Below, piece by piece: positions 26,418 through 32,000 of a stretch of DNA of 32,000 nt. Position numbers and translations under genes: made by a program. Where the stretch lies: the NCBI RefSeq assembly GCF_000341395.1, contig NC_020304.1:480001-512000 (forward strand), written 5' to 3'. The DNA is from Desulfocapsa sulfexigens DSM 10523 (GTDB lineage Bacteria > Desulfobacterota > Desulfobulbia > Desulfobulbales > Desulfocapsaceae). The notes under the pieces are model-generated. The model made no database searches. It saw only the letters and a program-made list of their open reading frames with translations, and was not told the origin of the DNA. Every line of letters starts with the position of its first letter. The first letter of the stretch is position 1.

Positions 26418-26819
26418 TTATTTCTTAACTTGTTGGCCCTGCGCCACATCATAATTATCTATCCAGAGCAGCTTACCTTCGGTGTACGGAGATGCCCAGG
26501 AAAGCGCAGTTACCCGATGTCCCTGTGCTTCAATTAACATTCCGTTTGCACCTTTAGCTGCAGCTTCCTTGACAGCAGCATTTGCAGTTTCACCCGCGCC
26601 GCCATACCATTCACTCTGGGAAACGAAGTCACCAATTACTGAATATTTTATATTTTCCGGAACAGACTTCTCGAAAACAAGAACTTCTCCATTAAATGCT
26701 GGTCGTGCTTGATCAGGGGCTACATTGTAGCTGGTCGAGGAACAGCTGCTCACCAACACTGCCATAGCCACACACAATATGTACTTAATCACCATGTTCT
26801 CTCTTTTTACTTTTGCCAT
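26418..26819 (-). CDS. Small lipoprotein; real start likely M9 (~26795)
   Basis: 133 aa; MVIKYILCVAMAVLVSSCSSTSYNVAP..., lipobox LVSSC; AAVKEAAAKGANGMLIEAQG pattern seen in small outer-membrane lipoproteins. Confidence 0.65.
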   Translation of the reverse strand: MAKVKRENMVIKYILCVAMAVLVSSCSSTSYNVAPDQARPAFNGEVLVFEKSVPENIKYSVIGDFVSQSEWYGGAGETANAAVKEAAAKGANGMLIEAQGHRVTALSWASPYTEGKLLWIDNYDVAQGQQVKK

Positions 26820-27040
26820 TTCAATAGCTCCTTGTTTACAATTTCTCTTTGATCTTTCTGGCTTCTGCGTTTTCTTTTCTTACTTCCCACCCTCGGGAAC
26901 CGCCACCAAGCACCTGTTAATACTTTACATTTTAATCACTAGTTCACATCAACAACCAAAACAAAGGCGTCACCCATTAAAACACTATCGTGTCCATGAA
27001 CTTCACCGATGCGGCACCGGCTCTTTATTTCCACAACCAC

Positions 27041-27350
27041 TTATCAGTTGCCACAGCAACAAAAGTTAACGGAAAAATGAGACAGATATTTTCAAAAACT
27101 TTTAAAATCTCCCGAACCGCTCAAAATCATTAATAGGAACAGGATGTTTTAAAGGAAGAAAAAATAACAACACCATCAATATGCAAGAGAGTATACAAGT
27201 TATCTCGGAGATTACTATCCGTAAATATACCTATTTTATCAAAATAAACAAAAAGTAATCTGTTCTATCTGAAATGTATCACCGGTATCATTATTGGCCC
27301 AAACAACACTACAATATAAGGATAGGCTAGCTGTTTATAGCGGCAGATAA
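27041..27350. repeat. Third, diverged copy of the non-coding core of the composite repeat
   Basis: ttatcagttgccacagcaacaaaagttaac...gagacagatattttcaaaaacttttaaaatctcccgaaccgctcaaaatcattaatagg.acagga.....ccatcaatatg...tatacaagttatctcg...attactatccgtaaatatacctatttt matches 17211- and 21924-. Confidence 0.85.
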
Positions 27351-28264
27351 AAGAAATCCCTGGAGGCCTGGAACTGCAGTCCACTTAAATAGTATTGTGC
27401 CCGTGGATATCTAGTTTTGAGAGTCTGAGATTGTGAAATCCACAGTAGAGCTGGGAAATATCCAGCCTCTTTTGGTCTCTGCAGCAGCCTCTGTTACCCT
27501 TGGGCTATCCTAACCTTTATTACGAGTTATTTTTAACTAATGATTTTCCGCTTTTCTGCCGATATATTGATATGGCATATTCATTCACCCCGGACGCTTT
27601 GTGACCACAAGTCGCTTACAAAGCGCCCATTTTCTCAAGGATGAGGAGGTGCAGTGTAACTATTTGGCAATTCAGCGTACAGGAGAGGGAAGTCAGACAC
27701 GGAAGCCGAAAGAGAAAACTCTTGACTCACAAAGGATGTAACGAACCGTTCAAAGATCGCTACTGGTGTCCAAAACAGAAATGGTTTTCAAAAGAAGTCT
27801 GTCCTTTTATCAATCGAAGGGAGTGTGAAAACTTTTCGAGTATGAGTGGGGAACGGTTTACAAAAACCCAGGATTTCACAAAATCGACGCACAAATAACC
27901 AGGACTTGAACAAACACCAGATATTTAAACCAAGATCTCCATATATTGCACCGGGCTTACTTTTTTCTACAATGAACCTCATTCTCAGCAAATAAGGTGT
28001 AGTTTTCGTGATTCAATTTGACAGATTTTGTCAAAAGTTCAGACATCGCAAGAGAATCAATCCCCCCTTAACACTCGATAACGCTATCAGCTTAAATATC
28101 GTCCCATACAGTTCTCTTAACCTTGACATTGGGTTCTTTTTTGAGTCCCAACACAGAAAATGCTTTCGCTGGTGCCACGTCGTAACAACCTGTATTGTGG
28201 TTGAAAATTGGAATTTTACCGTTGCAAGAAACCCCTTCATATGTTATAAAAAAGTAACATTAAT

Positions 28265-28333
28265 AGAAAATGCCAAACCTGTTGGAAAGCAGGGACGGAA
28301 AACTGCGGGTCTTTAGAGATAGCCGAGTTGCCT
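28265..28333 (+). promoter_or_regulatory. Putative GEMM-I (c-di-GMP-I) riboswitch aptamer
   Basis: GCCAAACCugUUGGAAAgcAGGGACGGAAAACUGCGGGUCUuuagAGAUAGCCGAGUUGCC resembles the GEMM layout (..CAAACC-hairpin with GAAA-type loop-GGGACG.AAA-GC..GGGUCU..AGAUAGCCGGGUUGCC). Confidence 0.75.
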
Positions 28334-28360
28334 AATTAATAAGGTGGCTCGGTTTTTTTT
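28323..28360 (+). terminator. Intrinsic terminator sharing its 5' stem with the riboswitch 3' strand
   Basis: CCGAGTTGCC-TAATTAATAA-GGTGGCTCGG-TTTTTTTT: 10-bp stem (with G-U pairs) followed by T8. Confidence 0.85.
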
Positions 28361-28494
28361 GTTTATCAAACTCTTAACTTGGGAAAGAGGGGATGAGCGA
28401 AAAAGATCGTTATAAAGCCTGCTACTGGAGTGGACTGTTATTCCACCTAACGGCCTTTATCGCCCAAGGATATCGCCATTATACAGGAGAGACC

Positions 28495-29205
28495 ATGAAC
28501 CGTATAATTATTTTATTAATTTGGATCAGCGCTTTATTCTTTCCAGCTTTTAGTTACGCGGATTTGATTACTTTTGCAGAGGCTGACGATTCACATATAG
28601 AATGGACTGGTGGTATTTTACAACATACCACTAACTATGGCAGTTCTACTGAGATACAAACCGCTAACAATGGGATTTTTGATACATATGGCCTGATTAA
28701 ATTTGATAACATTTTTGGGTCTGGGCCAGACCAGCTTTCAACAGACGCAACTATCACTTCTGCTGAATTGCATCTATGGATGTCACGTGAGTCCGCTGCT
28801 TTTAACAACATAATTAACCTATATCAGTTGACGAAAGACTGGGACGAACAGACAGTCACGGGCACAAATTATGGGGGATTGTTTAGCAATACAACAGGTA
28901 CTGCAATAGATGTTTACAATAGTGCAGTTCCTGGCGGTACTCCTCAGGAACTGATATTTGACGTGATGGATAGCTTATTGGACTGGCAATCCGCTGATGG
29001 TGTTACTAATTTTGGATGGGGAATAGAATCTCAAACATTGCACGCAGTTAATTATTTTTATTCAAATGATTCCGATGGCGATTACATCCCCTATTTGATT
29101 TTAGATTACGAGACAGACCCAGTCCCAGAACCCGCAACAATGCTACTCTTCGGAACAGGTATAGCAGGGCTTGTAGGTTCAACAATCAGGAAGAAAAAAA
29201 AGTAA
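28495..29205 (+). CDS. Secreted DNRLRE-like-domain protein with PEP-CTERM sorting signal (start refined from 28393)
   Basis: ATG at 28495 preceded by aggagagacc; signal peptide MNRIIILLIWISALFFPAFSYA; C-terminus PVPEPATMLLFGTGIAGLVGSTIRKKKK (PEP motif, TM, basic tail). Confidence 0.85.
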   Translation: MNRIIILLIWISALFFPAFSYADLITFAEADDSHIEWTGGILQHTTNYGSSTEIQTANNGIFDTYGLIKFDNIFGSGPDQLSTDATITSAELHLWMSRESAAFNNIINLYQLTKDWDEQTVTGTNYGGLFSNTTGTAIDVYNSAVPGGTPQELIFDVMDSLLDWQSADGVTNFGWGIESQTLHAVNYFYSNDSDGDYIPYLILDYETDPVPEPATMLLFGTGIAGLVGSTIRKKKK

Positions 29206-29227
29206 CACACCCGAAAATCTCTCTTTC

Positions 29228-29261
29228 AAAGGCAGGATCATTCATTCGATCCTGCCTTTTC
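29228..29261 (+). terminator. Intrinsic terminator
   Basis: AAAGGCAGGATC-ATTCATTC-GATCCTGCCTTTTC: 12-bp perfect stem followed by T-rich end, just downstream of the PEP-CTERM gene. Confidence 0.85.
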
Positions 29262-29498
29262 TGTTAATACCCTCTGCTGCTAATAGTAAGTGACAAAGTC
29301 TTCAGGTTCGCCAAATTCTTAAACATTACCTTACCACTAATCTTCCTCAAAATTTTTCCACAGATTTTTTTCTACAAACCGATTATTTATTTCTGGTAAA
29401 TGGATAATTCAAGAGCATGACATCTCTCTATCTTTTCCACATTTATTGTGAAAAGATGATGCTGCAATTGCTTTTTAAGCAAACAATACTATTTAAAA

Positions 29499-30347
29499 TT
29501 GATGAAAAAAACAAAGAAAAGACTTTCATTCCTCTGCCCGAATTGCAGAAAATTAATCAGCCATTCTGAATCTGAATGTCCATCCTGTGGATTAAAAAAC
29601 CCTGGATCTATCTGGAATAACAATATTTTCATCAGAGGAACAGATACAAATGATACCATATTGAAAGTGATCGTTGCAACGAACATTGCAATGTTTGTAC
29701 TCTCTTTAGTTATTGATTTGAAACACACTGGTTTTTCAAGTAGTCCTTTAAATTTTCTCTCACCGAGTAACAACAGCCTCCTTATACTTGGCTCTACCGG
29801 CACCATACCCATATTCCAACTGAATCGTTGGTGGTCACTTCTTTCGGCAAATTATCTACACGGCAGTCTACTGCACCTTGTATTCAACATGATAGCAATC
29901 TACCAGATCGGACCTCTACTTATACGAGAGTACGGTGTAAGTAAAATGTTCATCATATATACATTAAGTGGAATAGGCGGGTTTTTTATTTCATCGGTCT
30001 TTGGTGTTCGATTTACTATCGGTGCTTCAGCTGCGCTTTGCGGGTTGATTGGTGCTGCTTTGTACTATGGAAAAAGCCGGGGAGGTACATATGGTAATGC
30101 TATCTACAATCAAATCGGTGGTTGGGCTTTAGGTATATTTCTTTTTGGTTTTATGGTTCCGGGTATCAATAACTGGGGGCATGGTGGGGGTATGCTTGTT
30201 GGTGCCCTGTCAGGTTATTTGCTCGGTTACAGAGAACGTTCCCAGGAGAAAATAGGTCACAAGCTTTCAAGCCTTGCCTGTATTGTATTTACAGGCATTA
30301 TACTTTTCTGGTCCCTTACAAATGGCATCTTATATCTTGTCATGTAA
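29499..30347 (+). CDS. Rhomboid-family intramembrane serine protease with N-terminal zinc ribbon
   Basis: 282 aa; LCPNCRKLISHSESECPSCG ribbon; WWSLLSANYLHGSLLHLVFNMIAIYQIGPLL, GVRFTIGASAALCGLIGAALYYG, NWGHGGGMLVGALSGYLLG match rhomboid H/N, GxS and His regions. Confidence 0.88.
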   Translation: MMKKTKKRLSFLCPNCRKLISHSESECPSCGLKNPGSIWNNNIFIRGTDTNDTILKVIVATNIAMFVLSLVIDLKHTGFSSSPLNFLSPSNNSLLILGSTGTIPIFQLNRWWSLLSANYLHGSLLHLVFNMIAIYQIGPLLIREYGVSKMFIIYTLSGIGGFFISSVFGVRFTIGASAALCGLIGAALYYGKSRGGTYGNAIYNQIGGWALGIFLFGFMVPGINNWGHGGGMLVGALSGYLLGYRERSQEKIGHKLSSLACIVFTGIILFWSLTNGILYLVM

Positions 30348-30364
30348 TTGCCACTATAAATATC

Positions 30365-30460
30365 GAGACAGGTTTTGACACTAACACCCCTATTCCAGAG
30401 GCAACAACCATGCTTCTCTTCACTACTGGTTTAGTTGAGCCTGTAGGTTCTGGCTTCTAA
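30365..30460 (+). pseudogene. Orphan PEP-CTERM tail relic
   Basis: In-frame ETGFDTNTPIPEATTMLLFTTGLVEPVGSGF*, aligning with PVPEPATMLLFGTGIAGLVGS at 29120-29180; no upstream coding body. Confidence 0.55.
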
Positions 30461-30576
30461 TCTTTGTGACGCCATAGCCGAAACAAAGATTTGACAGCCT
30501 CGTAAGCAATACTGATAATCACAAAAGCAATGGTTCCCAAAAACACCCAGCCCAGATATTCTGAAGCAGTATCCAA
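30457..30576 (-). CDS. Possible 39-aa single-pass membrane microprotein (TTG start)
   Basis: LDTASEYLGWVFLGTIAFVIISIAYEAVKSLFRLWRHKD*, preceded on the minus strand by AAAGGAGGATGGATCA (strong SD, ~8 nt spacing). Confidence 0.4.
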   Translation of the reverse strand: MDTASEYLGWVFLGTIAFVIISIAYEAVKSLFRLWRHKD

Positions 30577-30868
30577 TGATCCATCCTCCTTTTACCATTA
30601 ATGGCGTCGAATTTATTCCCGGTATATATCTCTGTTTAAGGTACTCCGAGCTAGCTTAACCCAAAACAGAACACTCCTACTATGGTTTTCTGACCTGGAT
30701 GAACCTTGCTTAGCCAAGGTGTCTCCAGGCAATTGCATGACGTTATTGACCTGTTTAGTGTCGTGGATGCCACTTTCTTTTGGATGAGTTTACACATACT
30801 ATATCACAATACAATAAAGTATAGAAAGACATCGACTGGATCACTTTTACCTGGAAGGGGATGATGAA

Positions 30869-31282
30869 ATGAGCAAAACAACAGTTATCTTACTGGCCTC
30901 TCTCGTGGCCATTACCTGGACAACAAATGCAGTGCAGGCGAGACCTGGAAAACGTTACGACGAGAGCACCAATATGTGTAGAGTCATCGATCAAGGCAGA
31001 CTGGACTGGGAAAGTGACCATTGGGGAAGTGGTGCGCGTAAGTTTAATCAAGTCTGCAAAAGTTGCCATACGAAAGAGAATGATAAAGGTGCCCCTTTTC
31101 TGTATATGGAGAGCTATGGATCGGAAGGATGGAACAGAGTCTTTGCAAAGCGCAGGGTAAAGTGTAAGGAGGACGGTTCCTGGGATGTTTTGAGTAAGGA
31201 GGACTTATTATTGGTCAACGACTATCTGTACCGGAACGCAAATGACACATATGATCCAAACGATGCCGACACCTGCAGCTGA
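30869..31282 (+). CDS. Periplasmic monoheme c-type cytochrome-like protein
   Basis: 137 aa; signal peptide; FNQVCKSCHTKENDKGAPFLYMESYGSEGWNRVFAKRRVKC: CxxCH heme-binding motif. Confidence 0.8.
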   Translation: MSKTTVILLASLVAITWTTNAVQARPGKRYDESTNMCRVIDQGRLDWESDHWGSGARKFNQVCKSCHTKENDKGAPFLYMESYGSEGWNRVFAKRRVKCKEDGSWDVLSKEDLLLVNDYLYRNANDTYDPNDADTCS

Positions 31283-31509
31283 TGATACTGTCACTCCCGG
31301 TCGGGAGTTCAACAGCTATACTTGAATAATTAAGAGTGAGTTGACACAGAGGGTGTGGTAAGTATTTACCCCACCCTTTTTTTTTGCTGTTTCGTAAGTA
31401 CTCTCATATCAAAAATACGTGCAACACAAAAGAGTTACCCTGAATATTCAACAGATCCTCACCGCTACCCAGTCACACAGAAATACCACTCCTAAGGAGA
31501 GTTATGTAA

Positions 31510-32000
31510 ATGAAGAATATCACTATACTCGCACTTGATGACGGATCGGCCACGTCAATTACCGGCCCTATGGAAGTTTTTCAAATGACAGGCACCTTAT
31601 GGAATATGGCCAACGGCCTGGAACCGACTCCTTTTTTTAATGTACAGGTTGTCACCCTGACAGGTGAGCCGGTGAGAACCATGAATGGTATTACCATTAG
31701 CGCCCATGGCTCAATTGATGATGTGACGGATACAGACCTTATTATTGTCTCTCCCACCACGAATATTGAAAAGAACCTGAGTAAACAGGGAAGAATCATT
31801 CCATGGCTTCTCGATCAGTACAACAACGGTGCCCAGATAGCCGGAGTGTGTACCGGAGTTTTCATACTGGCTGCAACCGGACTGCTCGACGGGAAAATAG
31901 CCACCACCCACTGGGCAGTAGCCAACGAATTCAAACAACTTTACCCGCTGGTAAACCTGATGCCGGAACGCCTATTCACCGATGCCAATGACCTGTATTG
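31510..32000 (+). CDS. DJ-1/PfpI-like amidotransferase-fold protein, probably the N-terminal domain of a GlxA-type AraC family regulator (partial)
   Basis: Own translation: MKNITILALDDGSATSITGPMEVFQMTG...TDLIIVSPTTNIEK...IIPWLLDQYNNGAQIAGVCTGVFILAATGLLDGKIATTHWAVANEFKQLYPLVNLMPERLFTDANDLY; CTG elbow and 'ATTHW' are hallmark strings. Runs off the window. Confidence 0.82.
   Translation, partial: MKNITILALDDGSATSITGPMEVFQMTGTLWNMANGLEPTPFFNVQVVTLTGEPVRTMNGITISAHGSIDDVTDTDLIIVSPTTNIEKNLSKQGRIIPWLLDQYNNGAQIAGVCTGVFILAATGLLDGKIATTHWAVANEFKQLYPLVNLMPERLFTDANDLY

Noticed and set aside
27560-27960. Possible degenerate transposase or small CDS (MRRCSVTIWQFSVQ... / DRYWCPKQKWFSKEVCPF)
   Set aside because: No recognisable transposase motif, frame interrupted, no inverted repeats found; cannot be supported.
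29499-30347. Rhomboid protease as the sorting enzyme for the neighbouring PEP-CTERM protein
   Set aside because: PEP-CTERM proteins are processed by exosortases; rhombosortases act on GlyGly-CTERM tails, and this protein has a zinc-ribbon rhomboid architecture. Proximity alone is not support.
31288-31306. ACTCCCG-GT-CGGGAGT short inverted repeat after the cytochrome gene
   Set aside because: Two-base loop and no following T-run; too weak to call a terminator.
1-32000. tRNA or rRNA genes, CRISPR arrays, phage structural genes
   Set aside because: None recognised on reading; no supporting signal.

Overview
Most of the coding sequence from 1 to 26.8 kb lies on the minus strand. The left half encodes what looks like a HlyC-associated type I secretion (T1SS) toxin locus. 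In transcription order (right to left) it has: a beta-propeller lipoprotein; a zinc-ribbon membrane protein; a ~3160-aa multidomain exoprotein (14366->4873) with a LysM-like motif, a phospholipase A2-like CCxxHD motif, an internally repetitive GDGW core, tandem-95/cadherin-like repeats and a Ca-binding-like C-terminus; then HlyB-, HlyD-, HlyC- and TolC-like proteins. The exoprotein frame is broken by what looks like one missing base next to 8783/8784. Upstream, at 17890-20457, is a truncated paralog. It has the same GDGW core but a class-3-lipase-like N-terminus (GHSLGG) and no export end, and it is also preceded by a beta-propeller lipoprotein. A ~0.96 kb composite direct repeat flanks this paralog/propeller unit. 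The repeat contains a LuxR-tail-like relic, a conserved non-coding core, a fragment of the toxin's cadherin-like region and a ~165-bp MITE-like element. I propose that this is an N-terminal effector-swapping T1SS toxin locus with a silent donor cassette. The right side has small lipoproteins, a likely GEMM/c-di-GMP-I riboswitch whose 3' strand overlaps an intrinsic terminator upstream of a PEP-CTERM protein, a rhomboid protease, an orphan PEP-CTERM tail relic, a cytochrome-c-like protein and the start of a DJ-1/PfpI-like (GlxA-type) protein. All family assignments come from motif recognition only; no searches were run.
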